A stretch of 64,000 nucleotides of DNA from Eledone cirrhosa. Its lineage: Eukaryota. The notes beneath the pieces are model-generated. The model saw only the letters and a list, made by a program, of their open reading frames with translations. It did not search any database and was not told where the DNA came from. Location: contig OZ024743.1 of the NCBI GenBank assembly GCA_964016885.1, positions 360,964,001-361,028,000 on the forward strand, read 5' to 3'. Shown one piece after another: positions 39,822 through 52,850 of the stretch (positions are counted from its first letter, which is position 1; each line of letters starts with the position of its first letter). The translations under genes were made by a program, and so were the position numbers.

Positions 39822-39892
39822 TATTTTATTTTGCGCATTTCAAAAACAAATATCATCATGAGATGATATTTGCGTTCTCATCAGATAAAATA
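39822..39892 (-). ncRNA. Minimal type I hammerhead ribozyme fold (U16.1 replaced by A)
   Basis: UAUUUUAU CUGAUGA GAACG CAAAUAUCAUC ucau GAUGAUAUUUG UUUUU GAAA U GCGC A AA AUAAAAUA: 8-bp stem I, 11-bp perfect inner stem II, palindromic GCGC loop. Lies 3' of a long pyrimidine-rich pLTR-like tract and next to (TA)n. Confidence 0.7.
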
Positions 39893-40785
39893 GGGAGACA
39901 GGATATGAAGCTTTAAAACACTTGCGAGCAGTGAAGTGTAAAATAAAATAAGATGGATATATGAGATTGGGAAAAAAAAGAAAGAAGGGGGAAGCAAAAG
40001 GTAAGGAAGAGGAAGAAAGAAAAAAAGGATCACGGGGGAGGAGTATAAGAAGGAAGGATGAGAGAGGAGGAGACATGAGTGAGTGAGAGAGAGAGAGAGA
40101 GAGAGAGAGATAGCCTTTAATACTGAGAAACACTGTTTCACAGAGAAAAATAAAAAAAAAACGTTGTAAGATGATACATAATTTAAAAAAAAATTGAAAT
40201 TAAAAGTTAATGAGGTTTATGAATGTTGATGTTTATGATTAAAGAAAAAGGAATTAAGAATAATATTTATTTAAGGTTTATATATTGAAGGGTTTAATAA
40301 TATGTGCGAAAAGGAATGTATTAATATGTATTATTAAAATAAAAATATTAAGGAGATAAGGTGAATGAAGAAGAGATTAAATGAATTATGAACTTAGAAG
40401 AATTAGTAAAGGTCTAAGTTTGTTTCTATGTATTGTAATATGAAAAAGTAAATAATAGGATTAATACGAGCACGAAAGGAGAGAAGAAAAAAGAAACTTT
40501 AAGGAAGAAAAAATATATAACGTCAAAAAAATATATGTTTACAAAATTTACTAATGGTAATATTAGTATATATTAAAATATAGTTTGTATGGCCAAGAAT
40601 ATAAGGAAAATGCTATAGTGAGTAATAATATGAATTAAGAAGTAATTGAGAAGTAAAAGTTACAGATTAAAGATTAAAAGATTAGAAATTAAAAAAGAAA
40701 AAAGGAAGTGGAAGTGGAAAAAAGGAAGTGGAAGTGGAACCAAATATATATATATAAGAAAATTTCGCTCTACCTGATTGAATAC

Positions 40786-40957
40786 AATAAATGTAATCTG
40801 AGTTTTTCGAATATTAATAATAACATTCGATTCATTTGCAATTATGCAAACAAGCCTCAATTTTATAGACATGGCTATAAAATTGAGGATTGTTTGCATA
40901 AGTGCAAAGGATTCAAATGTTGTTATTAATATTCGAAAAACTCAGATTACATTTATT
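40786..40957. repeat. ~172-bp near-perfect palindrome
   Basis: AATAAATGTAATCTGAGTTTTTCGAATATTAATAA...TTATTAATATTCGAAAAACTCAGATTACATTTATT, with essentially no spacer (centre near 40871). Confidence 0.92.
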
Positions 40958-41091
40958 ATATATATATACTTGGGGAGGGTCATATTTGTGTAATAATATT
41001 GGCAGAATTAATAACAGAACACACTCACTGTTTAGTTGGTTTTCGGTTCTGTGTCTTTTATATAAGTTAATTTAATTTATTCGGTCCTCAA

Positions 41092-42649
41092 TGTTACCAT
41101 TCACTGACCGGCGGTCAAAAATACAGATACAATATAGACACAAACATATATATATAATCTAACAAAGTTCTTTCGTTGCACATCTGCAACATCGTCAGTT
41201 GTGCTACTATGTTTCCTCCCGTTGTATTATATGCCTACGCCATCTTTATTTAGTCTGTTTATTTATTTTATTTTGTCTTCTCTGCGCATGCGTTTGCGTG
41301 TGTGTATAGTGTTTTGTTTGATGTGTGTTCGTGTTTGGGTGACTGTGTATTGGTTATTGTATTCTATCTTAGTTTACTAGTGTGTATTTATATGTGTTTG
41401 TTGTTATTGTGCTTGTGTATGTATTTATTCATTTATTTATAATTCTCTTAGGTCAGTGTTGTTTGTTTAGGTGTTCTTATTATTTCATTCATTTTTTTCT
41501 GTTTAGCCTTGGCCTTCTAACTTCTATTTCGCTGGCCTCTCTGATTGGCCTAGCTGCTGGGTCATTTCTATGTTTAGATATTATTCTAATGTCTATGTTG
41601 TCTATGTTACCGTCGACATGTTCGTATAGTACTGAACCGTTTTTTCGTCCTTTTAGTCCTCCCCTCCCCGTGTTTGTCTATCCTTTCACCTATTCTACGA
41701 GCTGTCTCGCCTATGTATGTTGTTGTCATGTTTCTGCAAGTACCCTCTGTACATCTTATGCTATAGACTATGTTTCTAGTTTTACAGTTTATCCGGTGGT
41801 TTACTTTACATATAATACATTTCCTATTAGTGCAGTGGGTTTTCTTAAAAGGGTAGATTTAGCTGATCGGGGATTTTATGGTGGTTCCTGGCTTTTCTAC
41901 CACCTTAATCTTTAAGCGGGTCTTTCTCAGGGCCTTTCTACACTGGTTAGCTAATTTCCCACCAGAGGTAACGTCCACAAACATGACACTCTGGTATCTC
42001 TGGTTGTCGTACCATGAGGTGGCTTTCCCTATCTTATGTCTAGTCCTATCTAAGCTATTCCATGATTTGCTCCTGTATAATGGGCAAATTCCTTTCATGT
42101 CCAGTTCTATGAGGGTATTATACTTCTCCGTGGCTCCTTCGTATACTCTGATTCTGTCTCTTTGGTTTTAGCCAGAGAACTGCATGCGGTTGATGAAGTG
42201 TTCGATGTGTCTTTCCATTTCTGTTGGGTCGCACATGCGGGACACGTTCTTCATCACTCGTACAAAGTCTGCGATCAGAATATTAAACTTAGCACTACTG
42301 GACACTGCTGATTTTTTGGAGGCCATGGGTTTAGCATAATGTGAGTGGAGAATGTGGGCTCTCTCCTCTATAGTGTTAATCCAGAGTTCCGTGTCTAATA
42401 CAGGTAGTCTATTGTTAGGGTGTTTGGAAGGGGAGTCGATAGTTACAGTTATACTCTGGTGTATGGAATTAGCTATCTGCTGGATGCTTTCCATTGTGAT
42501 ACATTCTAAATCAAACTTGTTATTACTCTCTTGTGGGGACGTCCTTATTACTATATTGATGTCGTCTACGTAACGAGAGTACATGATGAGGTCTATATAA
42601 AAATATATATCCAAGTATAACAATATTTGTTTCGACACACGATTTCATA
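41092..42649 (-). mobile_element. Penelope-like element (Naiad-like), 5'-truncated: RT-thumb-Zn linker-GIY-YIG-pLTR
   Basis: RYVDD, LPVLDTELW, MQFSG, PLYR, SVMFV, KVVEKPG; after one stop HCTNRKCIIC..NCKTRNIVYSIRC..C..YIGETAR..ER..H...RE...RPRLN ending about 41489. Apparent TCAA duplication at 41088-41091 and 42650-42653. Confidence 0.85.
41162..41202 (-). ncRNA. Minimal hammerhead ribozyme fold in the PLE 3' end
   Basis: ACAA CUGACGA U GUUGCA gaug UGCAAC GAAA GAACU UUGU: intact CUGANGA/GAAA core, 6-bp stem II, 4-bp stem I. The helix III/UH segment is imperfect. Confidence 0.6.
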
Positions 42650-42689
42650 TCAAAAACCTCGCAAAACTAATTCATCGCCGTTATATATA

Positions 42690-43036
<347 letters not shown>

Positions 43037-43401
43037 CATTGTACAGATTTATATATAGTTGAGAAAAGATGCACAACGGTAGGATATGGAGGAACTCAAA
43101 TGAGAACGTGACTGTTAAATTTCTGTTGTGCGTTAAATTCAGTGAAGTCATAGTAGTTAATTGAACGGTACTCTAGAATATGTTTGTTGATCGCTAGTGC
43201 TGATTAAGTATACATACATTAAAACTCTTTTACTATCGACTTCTCTACCCGGTGATGGATCTCGGGTGACGATTATATGGTTTTTTTCAAGTCAGACCAG
43301 AGGAAGAGCAATTGGAGAAGTATTCAATTATAACCACCGACTGTGACAGTATACTCGTATTGCGTGTGAAATTCGGTAGATCGAAAATGCACATACCCGT
43401 A

Positions 43402-43459
<58 letters not shown>

Positions 43460-43875
43460 GTGTGTGTGTGTGTAAATCAGCATAGAGAGATAAGTACACA
43501 TAGGGATGTGTTCAATCCTAGGGGATTACGGAAAGATCGCTGAATATAAATCAATAAAAAAAATATATTAAAGTGTACTAATCATCCTATATCGAATTAG
43601 GTGTCGCAGAAACCCTATATCGGAGTATACCATCTTCCCCGAGGGTCCGGGTAACTATTTCAATCATATCTTATTTTGTTTGACCCGTTTAGCTTGTTCG
43701 CTTTTTGGGCTTAGGTGGTTAATGGCCTCTTATCCATCGTCTCAGTTTTGTATGACCTTTTTAACTTATGTTTATAGCTCTGGTATCTTTATATACATGG
43801 AGCGCTTGTCAACACAATTCGGAAGTTGCGTTTCGCTAATTTCTAGCCGCCGAAATGCGATTCTCAGTGAATTTA

Positions 43876-43920
<45 letters not shown>

Positions 43921-44020
43921 AGAGAGAGAGAGTGAGAGGGAGAGAGAGAGAGAGAGAGGGGGAGAGAGAGAGAGAGAGAGAGTATGGTAAGCATGCATAT
44001 CCTTATGAAAATAAAAGATA

Positions 44021-44115
44021 TTCTTCTTCTTCTTCTTCTTCTTCTTCTTCTTCTTCTTCTTCTTCTGCTTCTTCTTCTTCTTCTTCTTCTTCTTCTTCTT
44101 CTTCTTCTTCTTCTT

Positions 44116-44202
<87 letters not shown>
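44021..44202. repeat. (TTC)n(TTA)n compound microsatellite
   Basis: Seen directly; source of the poly-S/L/K/N ORFs. Confidence 0.95.
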
Positions 44203-44204
<2 letters not shown>

Positions 44205-44361
44205 AGTTGCATTTATCTTGCTTTATGTTCATACGAGTTATCACCAAGTCACAACCAGTGACCTCAAGAGACAACAAGGTCCGCCATGTTCAAGAAAGAA
44301 CATACATATTCACACATGCATCTTTAGTGTTTAGACTTGTGATGTACTTATATTGACAGAA

Positions 44362-46600
44362 TCTTCTTCTTCTTCTTCTTCTTCTTCTTCTTCTTCTTCT
44401 TCTTCTTCTTCTTCTTCTTCTTCTTCTTCTTCTACTTCTTAATCCTGAGAGGGTCATAGGGGCGGAGTTCTCAAACTCTTTTTTCCAGCGGGTCCATTTA
44501 GAGGCAACTCTTTCCCACTGATCCCTCTGGATCCCCAAGCGAACTCATGGTTTTTATTCAACCATCGTACTCGAGGTTTACACCTGGGTCACCCACCGGT
44601 AGGTTTCGCCTGTAAAATCTGTCCAGCATTATTTTCCTGAGACATTATAACCATAAGTACATAGTATCGGAGTTGTGATCTCTCAATTCGCAGAAATAGT
44701 GTCTCTATTTGGAGCGACTCACTGACCTCCGAGCTACGTAATCTATCGAGTAACGTTATTCCAAACACCCTCCCGAGGAAACCCATTTTGGACGCCTATA
44801 TTCGTGATAGCATTCTTTGAACATTGCACAAGATTCATGTTCATATGAAACAGTTGGCATGAATACCGAATTGAAGATAGCGAGTATGGGTTTCGTTATT
44901 ATTACCGAATGCTGAAACAGGCGCATTACTACAGTGGCTCTTGCAATTCTCCATCCCTCATGAAAACGGCCCCGAGAGACTGAACGTCTACGCGTGCTGG
45001 ATTGAAACTCCATTCACATCTCGTAGGTTTCCACGTTTCCCTGCACTGATTGTCATTCCAGCTATGCAGCACTCAGCACCAACCTATCAAGTACAAGTCT
45101 GACGTAACCCTCTGTCGAATTAAGTAATACTTAATGACACCAGCAAATTCCAGCCGACTGACTCTACACCTTCCAGATGTCACACCATTCCCAACCCGGT
45201 TGCGCATGATAATCCTATTCATGAAAATGAACATGAAAGGAGACGGTATGCACCCTTCACGCAGTCCGACTCTGACATAGAATGGTTTTGATTTACTACA
45301 ATTGGAGCAAACTTTCTTGTTTCAGTTTTTGAAATTTGGGATCACTGCCGATTGCCATTGCATACTTGATTTTCCAGACATCCAGGCCACACGGCACACA
45401 CGAGTCAGTTAGAGAATACCCTCTCTATTTAAGGCTTTTAACATCTCTGGACAAATGTCATCCTTCTCAGTAACCTTGCCACATTTGAGTGCTTTAATTG
45501 CTCGTGAATACAGCCTCCAAGAGACTAGTCATCGTTCACAGATGCACCATGTATACATCAGAAACTGTTGTTGTAATCGGGTGTAGGAGGTCAGCAGAGT
45601 ATTATTTTCACCTCCCGAGAATGCACCTTCCTCAGGTGAGGAGAGTCCCATACGCTTTGGAGGTAGCAGGTGTGGAGGAGGAAAGTCGGGGATGGTCTGC
45701 CAGAACATTTTATTTGCTGATCTGATGTCAGATTTTAGCTTAACCTCCAAGTCTTTGTATTTACTATCTCCGCAAGTGTAAGAAGGGTGACTTATTTCCA
45801 AGCTATGTTTTGTAGGCCTTTACTTTGCTTGGATGGCATCTTTGACCACTTGATTGAACCAAGGGGTCTTATGACATCTGGCGCCACACCAAGACTCTTT
45901 TGCCCACAGCAGAACCGGCTGACCTGAATAATCACCACTTCGTTTCGACGTCCTCAATTTGCTAAGTGATTTCTATGGATTTAGATGCAGTAGTATCTGC
46001 ATGAATAGCTCTGGCTTGCTCATCCACCAACGCCTTTCACGTCATTCTGTAGGTTAACCTAGGTCTGCCAGGAAGAAAATATTCATAATGGAAAGTCCAT
46101 TGCTAAAGCCGATATCTAATAAGGGATCTCCATGTCAGGTCCCTTCCATGTCAGGTCATCAGTGCCAATATGTTCATTGATGACTCTATAGGATATAGGA
46201 CACAGTATTACTTACATTTAGCGCTGCAGTGACTTCATAAAGGAAGTATCTATATTCAGACTGCTTGTTTGGTGCATAAACTTGCACCACCCACAGAGAC
46301 CTATCTTTTAGCCTAAGGTTCAAAAGGCAAATCCACCCTTCTAATGGTATCAAGTGCGAAATACATTCTGACAGCCAGAGCTTATGAGTATCTTCACTCT
46401 CGTCTGCGTATTTACTTCTGGCGCCCCACCTGAATAGTGGATTTACTATCCGCCATCCAAAGACACTGAACTTTGTTGTGGAAACCCCGACTGTAACCAA
46501 CCGGTAGCATCTAGCCTCTACCGCACATTTTTGTTCTTCTTACCTGCAACGAATTTGATGTTCCAGGTACCAATTGTCAAGATTTGCTCCCCTTCCAACC
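44362..46600 (-). mobile_element. Highly decayed RTE-clade LINE with (GAA)n tail
   Basis: LTIGTWNI (about 46560-46585), VVQVYAPN (APE), WFNQVVKDAI, MFWQTI, MGFLGRVFGITLLDRLRS..IERSQLRY (RTE C-terminus). Tail is (TTC)n on the plus strand, 44362-44440. Confidence 0.75.
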
Positions 46601-46609
46601 TTCTTTGAT

Positions 46610-48670
46610 ATCCAAAGATGGTTCCTCTAATGATTTAGTTTTTCGCCTCCCGTAGATTTACCAAAATCGATAGTTTGTAATCGATAATCAATTACTTAGA
46701 ATAAGTTTTGCCTTGGTACCATGAGGAAAATAAGAAACTTTTCCACCTTGAAGTATGTACTTTTTCCTCAATATTAAGTGCTTTATACCTATATACAAAA
46801 TACTATGTGTTTCTCAAACGATATATCGCTTTTTATCTCTCTATCATATAAACATATATCTTTTAATTTGAATTATTGATGCTCTAGACCAGGGATCGGC
46901 AACCTTTTGGAGAGAGTGGGCCAAACAGCTATGCAGTGTCATGGAGGAGGGCAATGTTATTAAATATGTAAATAAATTTTCTGGAGGTTTAAAGCAAAAC
47001 AAGGAATTTAATATAATTTTATTTTAACAAGAAATAACAGAAAAACAACTACTATCACAATCAACAGAAAAAAAGCAAATTCCTTGCTACAAACGAAATA
47101 CAGTTAGAAATGGTAAATGATTTAATGAGACACTCGTTTCTGCTTATTGTGCGATAACTTCTCCACATCAGGTGAAATATTTGTAGATGACAGGAGCAAA
47201 ACGTCATCCATGTGGTCGTCACGCAACCTTGTTCTTAAATGACTTTTAGTATATTTCATTTTGGAAAAAAGTTGTTCTCAAGCATATATACTTCCAAATA
47301 ATGATATCATCAGTTTCGTATTAGTCAAGATGTTTTTATATTTTCCGCTTGGCAATATATATTTCTTGTAGAAGTCATCAGTGGATTCGAACTGAAATTT
47401 CGATTTCAAAGATTCGTCGCACTGTAAGTCAATTAACTCCAACTGATATTCTTCTTAAAAGTTCGGCACTCCAAATCGACCTTTCTTTTCTTAGCTTCCA
47501 TGGGCTTATTTTTGTTCAAACAAAACAGATTTATGGAAAGGAAAAAGGACAAAAAGTATAATAATCAGAATGAAGAAATAAGAAACAATGAAAACAAATG
47601 TAAATGCAAATACAGTAATGCGATAAAATATGATAATTGGGAATAAATTATATAAAACCAGGTTTCTAACGACGTTGTTAGATCAGGGTTGCCATTTGTT
47701 TTTTTAAACCACTTTTGGCCCAATTCTAATAATAATAATTCACACAATTTATCACAAATAATTAAATAAACGTTATTATCGAATAAAGATACACACTGTA
47801 TAGTTGTTATACCACCAGATAACAAACTCAAATGAAAATACTCTGGGGAGGAGGGAACGAAGTAATTTTTCCAAGGACAGCTTGACCTTGTGTCGTGGTC
47901 ACAGGTAAGGTCAGGCAAACGAAGACGACAATAATTCACGAGTGATTTTACTGAATGACAATATGGGTTTAAAAGCGAGTCATGCGAACCGTAAGGTAGT
48001 ATACCTTCCAGTCGCTGACGAAAATGCATACTTCCAGCCAACATTTGTGTTTGTTGAGTGGAACAAAAACACATACATGAAATCACAGGAAATAATAATA
48101 CAGGTGATATAATGCTTGGCGGAAAGCCCCCAAAAAGATGGATAACAGCGTTTCTACAGAGAAGCATAATCATCATGCATATTATATATATTATGATACC
48201 TGAAATTAGTATATAACTGCTCTAAATTCATAATTGTTGAGTTGCTTATACTGTGACTAGTACTTCGCATCTCTTTCTAGCTAATGTGGCGTCCAGTCCT
48301 ATTTATATCTGCCGCCACAGTTAAAACGTTCGCACAAGATACTTTTTATGCTTTTGGCTAACTCTCGGATCCCGACAGATATAACAGTATTTTGTGATGT
48401 ATTGGAACTTATCCAATGGTGATTCCTCTGATGATTACTTTTGCGTCTCACGTGCCGTTAACAAAACTGATAGTTTGTAATCGATAATCGATTCCTTAGA
48501 ACCATTTTAGCTTTGGTTTACTAACTTTGAACTTTTAACATAAGTAAAACAAGAAAATTTCCACCTTAAAGTATGTAATTTTTCTTAAATATTATGTGGT
48601 TTATAGATATGTGAGATATACCATGAGTTTCTTGAACGATATATGACTTTTCTCACTAAATATACATATA
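46610..48670. repeat. ~250-bp diverged direct repeat pair (46610-46860 and 48410-48670)
   Basis: Shared blocks GATAGTTTGTAATCGATAATC, TTTCCACCTT.AAGTATGTA and AACGATATAT occur in the same order. Confidence 0.75.
46890..47430 (-). mobile_element. hAT Charlie/SPIN-like transposon end with transposase C-terminus
   Basis: TIR-like CAGGGATCGGCAACC preceded by the Charlie-type target CTCTAGAC. Minus strand reads SLFGSIYA*EQLFSKMKYTKSHLRTRLRDDH...PDVEKL....QKRVSH (hAT dimerisation region). Confidence 0.85.
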
Positions 48671-48729
48671 TATTTGAATTTGAATTTTATATATACATAT
48701 GTATATATATATATTTATATATATATATT

Positions 48730-48789
<60 letters not shown>

Positions 48790-49859
48790 CGCGTGTGCGT
48801 GTGTGTGTGTATATATGCGTGTGTGTCTGTATATATATATATATATATATTATTTACTCTTTATATATTCCTAGTTGTGAACTCAGAATTACTCCATCCA
48901 TGTTGAAGAATATATATACTAGTATAATATTGATTCATTGAGTAAGTGCATGTACATTTTCATGTGGAGTGTTGGTTTATCTCCTGTGGGGTGAATCATA
49001 GAAGGCGAAATGATGGTAATTATGTGTAACTGTTTCTTAGCTCGTATCCATTGTTGATATGAGTCGAACAGTGTGTTTCAATGATTTCTCTTCGTATAGT
49101 AGGAAATAATGCTAACTATGACTTATCTGATTCATTGTTTTAATTCTCAATCTAAAGGGAACATCACTCATATGGAAATAAATCGAATGGTATTGAATTG
49201 TGTTAGTAATGAACATACATCACTTACAAATGAATAATATATTGAAGAAATTAATAAGAATAATTTTCTATCATTAATTTCCCAAAATGAAATTTAAAAA
49301 AATCTGACGATAGTCTACATTTTTTAGCTTGAATTTTGCTGTAATAGCTTAGATAAAAACAGATCCCTATAGCTAAATCTTGAAAATGTGAAAGTTTAAA
49401 TTGACAACATATTGAACACTTCCCCATTTTAAATCTTTTCATTTCATATATTTAAAATATTTTTTTCAACTGTAAAATACTTCATTCTCAAAGTAAATTC
49501 CTCTGACCACCGAAAACCTGAAAAATTATTGTACCATATATACTAGTTCACTTTCAATAGCAATCTTGTTTACTAGCATTAAACCAATTGAGCTTAATCA
49601 TGGATATCCATGCAGCTACGGGGTTATTTAGAAACCCTATACATACAAATGAACTCTACTACATATTTTGAATACCCTTTCGTCATTTTAATGTCTTAGC
49701 TCTATAATCGAATGAGCTCATCTATAGACACACACGCACGCACACACACATAAACAAACACATACAAACAGAGAGTGTAGCCAACAAACAAAGTGTAGCC
49801 AACACTTGAGGGCGACCGACTAAAGTAGAAGATGGTAGATGGTCGGTTGTCCTCTTGTC

Positions 49860-50024
49860 TATGATTTTTAGCCCCATGGATTTTATCTGTTATATTCCTT
49901 TGTTATATTTAGAATACTTGATGATATCACCGGATTCATACGGAACCCGGTCATTGAAATGATCATAATGTAATAAACCTTTCAAGGATTTACACAAGTT
50001 CAGCCTCCTGTTATTTTATTATAA

Positions 50025-50027
<3 letters not shown>
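49860..50027 (+). mobile_element. Second copy of the 27.6-kb PLE pLTR, with mutated hammerhead (49914-49971)
   Basis: Reverse complement of 27634-27800. Core reads UUGAUGA and stem I is disrupted. Ends at (TA)n. Confidence 0.8.
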
Positions 50028-50068
<41 letters not shown>

Positions 50069-50214
50069 TTTTGAGTTTATGTTGGTTGTATACCAACACC
50101 TCAGTATGCAGTCTGGAGCACTCGACGAAGTGCGCAGGTTGGTTTGGTTTCTCCGGAGTAGTGTAAAATAAAGTTAAATAAAAGTCAAATGATTAAAATT
50201 TAGCTTCGTTTATT

Positions 50215-50269
50215 ACTGCTATATATATTTCAGTGACAGCCATCTTTGGCTGTGACCTCTTCAGGCAGT
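50215..50269 (-). ncRNA. Minimal type I hammerhead ribozyme
   Basis: ACUGC CUGAAGA GGUC ACAGCC aaagau GGCUGU CACU GAAA U AUAU A UA GCAGU, then AAUAAA. Canonical core, 5-bp stem I, palindromic loop III, AUA triplet. Confidence 0.88.
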
Positions 50270-50726
50270 TTCAATTAGTATGGTATAGACAAGTACATAT
50301 GTTGTTTAGGTGTATAATATTGTCAATACTCTGATTTGCCCAGTTCCTTGTTGGGTTGTTATTTCATTGAGGAACTGGAGTCATATGAATTCAAACAAAC
50401 GAATTTCAGTGTCAAAGGTCCTCTTCTCCTCTCATTGGTCAGTTATTAGAACATTCCTCATTCTAAGTGTTGTTATTGTTGGAGTTAGCTTAAAAGTTGA
50501 TAAAATGGTAGAAGGGACAAGGTGTTAAAGGAACAAAATAACAAAAGAACGAAAAAAGTGTCAAACTTCCCACTGGTCAGTTCTGAGAGCATTCCTCAGT
50601 CAGAAGTCTATAGAATTATTTCTGGGTGAGGCTCCCTGTAGTGTTTTTGCCTACTATTGTTCAGTACATTTGACCTCTACCATTATTTCGGTAGTGTTGT
50701 TGGTGTTGTGGTCAGCTTATATCTTG

Positions 50727-50896
50727 CTGCTGCTAACAATTTAGAAGTATCCAGTCTCTGTTTTCTTCATTTATTGCCTTATATTTCTTCATATACATGG
50801 AAGAACCCCCATCCCCCCACCCCACCACCACTATGATGGTGGCAGGAGGGATGAAGAAAAAACACACACTGGATACTTCTAAATTGTTAGCAGCAG
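50727..50896. repeat. ~45-bp inverted repeat pair (50727-50770 and 50851-50896)
   Basis: CTGCTGCTAACAATTTAGAAGTATCCAGT / ACTGGATACTTCTAAATTGTTAGCAGCAG. Confidence 0.85.
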
Positions 50897-51653
50897 TATA
50901 TAACGAGAAGATAAAACATGTGAATGAGAAAGTGATGCAAGTAAATTAGATATGACTTATATAAAGTTTCTAGATGTTGTCGAGATGAAATGCTGTCAAG
51001 TTTGTAAATGGCATTCTTCTTTTAATCATCCTCTCATACGTTTGGGTTTAGATAATTTCTGTTAAAATTGTACGACTAACAACTTTCTTGTGCTAATGAA
51101 AATCGTGATTAGAAATGAAATGCCAGCTGTCTGTTTGTGAAATGTATACAGTAATGTCATTTAAAATTACTAGAGATTAATGCCGCTAATGCCCTTACTT
51201 TCAAATCCATAGACACAGCATAACTAGTATATGATCGGTTGGCCTGTTAGAAATGGCAACAATGCCGCCATGCACTCCTATCTTAGAAACAAACCGTCAG
51301 AAACAAACCGTTGTTTGGTGAATACTGGAATTGTTCTGGTCACAGGTTTTCTCGCTCAGTTCTGATTCTGAGATAAACAATAACACAAGTTCACATTTCC
51401 CTACCTTATACCTGTCCCTGTATGAGTTTCTTATCTCTTCACATCTTTCTTTCCATATACAAGTTCCATTTTCGAGAAATTTTCCGGAATAAATAGGCAT
51501 ATTCTAAGCATGCACTTGTAGACTGGAGAAAATAAAGCAGCGAGGGGCATCTGCTTATGTTGCCCTTCGTAATGACCGTGATCACGAGTCTGGGAGTTTC
51601 CTTCATTATACCTGAGTGATGGTCTCACTTGTGGAATTCGGTTATATATATAT

Positions 51654-51834
51654 TTGTTTCTACTTTAGGCACAAGGCCAGCAATAACCCAGTTCATTACT
51701 GGTACTTTATTTTATCGACCCCGTAAGGATGAAAGGCAAAGTCAACCTCGGCGGGATTTGAACTCAGATCGTAAAGGGACGTAACTATGCTGGAAAGCAT
51801 GGCGTCCGACCCTCTACCGATACTGCCAATCCAC
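51654..51834 (-). mobile_element. tRNA-headed SINE
   Basis: Reverse complement of the same family. Confidence 0.9.
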
Positions 51835-51849
51835 TATATTGCTTGTTAT

Positions 51850-52192
51850 TTATACTCCGTGCTGCTTTAAACGTGTCTTGGAGGGAACACCCAACAAATA
51901 AGGATCTCTATGGCAATATACCACCTATCAGCAGGTCAATACGTGGACAGAGACTCAGATTTGATGGCCACTGTTGGCGCAGCAAGGAAGAAATAGCAGG
52001 TGATGTGTTGTTATGGAGTCCATCTCATGGAGCAAGAAACGCTGGTCGTCCCAAGAAGATATACGTCAAGCAACTTGGGGGCGATACTGGATGCACTGCG
52101 GAAGAACTGGCAAACGCTATGAGAGACAGAGATGGATGGAGGAAACGTGTTGTAGAAAGCCGAGCAAGCTCGACCTGATGATGATGATGATG
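51850..52192 (+). mobile_element. RTE-clade LINE 3' end with (TGA)n tail
   Basis: LRAALNVSWREHPTNKDLYG...RLRFDGHCWR...LLWSPSHG...GRP...AMRDRDGWR, then (TGA)n. Confidence 0.85.
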
Positions 52193-52544
52193 TTATTTAT
52201 GACTTTTTTTCTATCTTTACACGTTTATATGTTAATACCCTCTGCCTCTGCTTAATGTATTGTCTTCCGGCTGTTTGGGCCCGAGTGGCCAATAAAGAAA
52301 TAAAAACAATAATAATAACAACAAAGGCATATATACATACATACACACAGTGTATTATTTTCGACGATATATATGTGTGTGTGTAAGTGGGTGCGGTGTA
52401 TGCATGTGTGTGTGCTTGCGTGTGCCTGTGATTGCGTGAATGTATAAATGTTTGTATAAGTGTTTGTGCGTGTGCATGTGTGTGTATGCATGTGTATATG
52501 TATGTTTGTGCAAATTTTAAAAAGTTACGGATGAAAATATTTAT

Positions 52545-52850
52545 GTGATTTTAGTATTTCCTTACTCTCCTTATGTATTCAGATCTTATCAATTCCTTCA
52601 TTTTATTGTTCTTGATGTCATCTTCCCCCAGAACACCCAAATCTTTGTATCCCTCTTCAGTGTCGATTTCCTTTATCATCTCACCTATTGGTATCTGGAT
52701 TATGTTGCTTCTGGTCAATTTATCCCTTTTCATCACTACGACTCCACATTTATTAACACAAAATTCCATATATATATCATTGCTGGAAATAGGGACAGTG
52801 TTAACAAATACATCCAACCCCTGCTCACTTTTCGCAAAGAGTTTTTGAAA
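52545..52850 (-). mobile_element. R4/Dong-clade RT fragment
   Basis: KLFAKSE..LD...SNDIYMEF..NKC...EGYKDLGVL, homologous to 60740-61040. Confidence 0.85.

Noticed and set aside
47565-48176. 203-aa ORF as a host gene
   Set aside because: No recognisable motif or exon structure; composition is like random AT-rich sequence.
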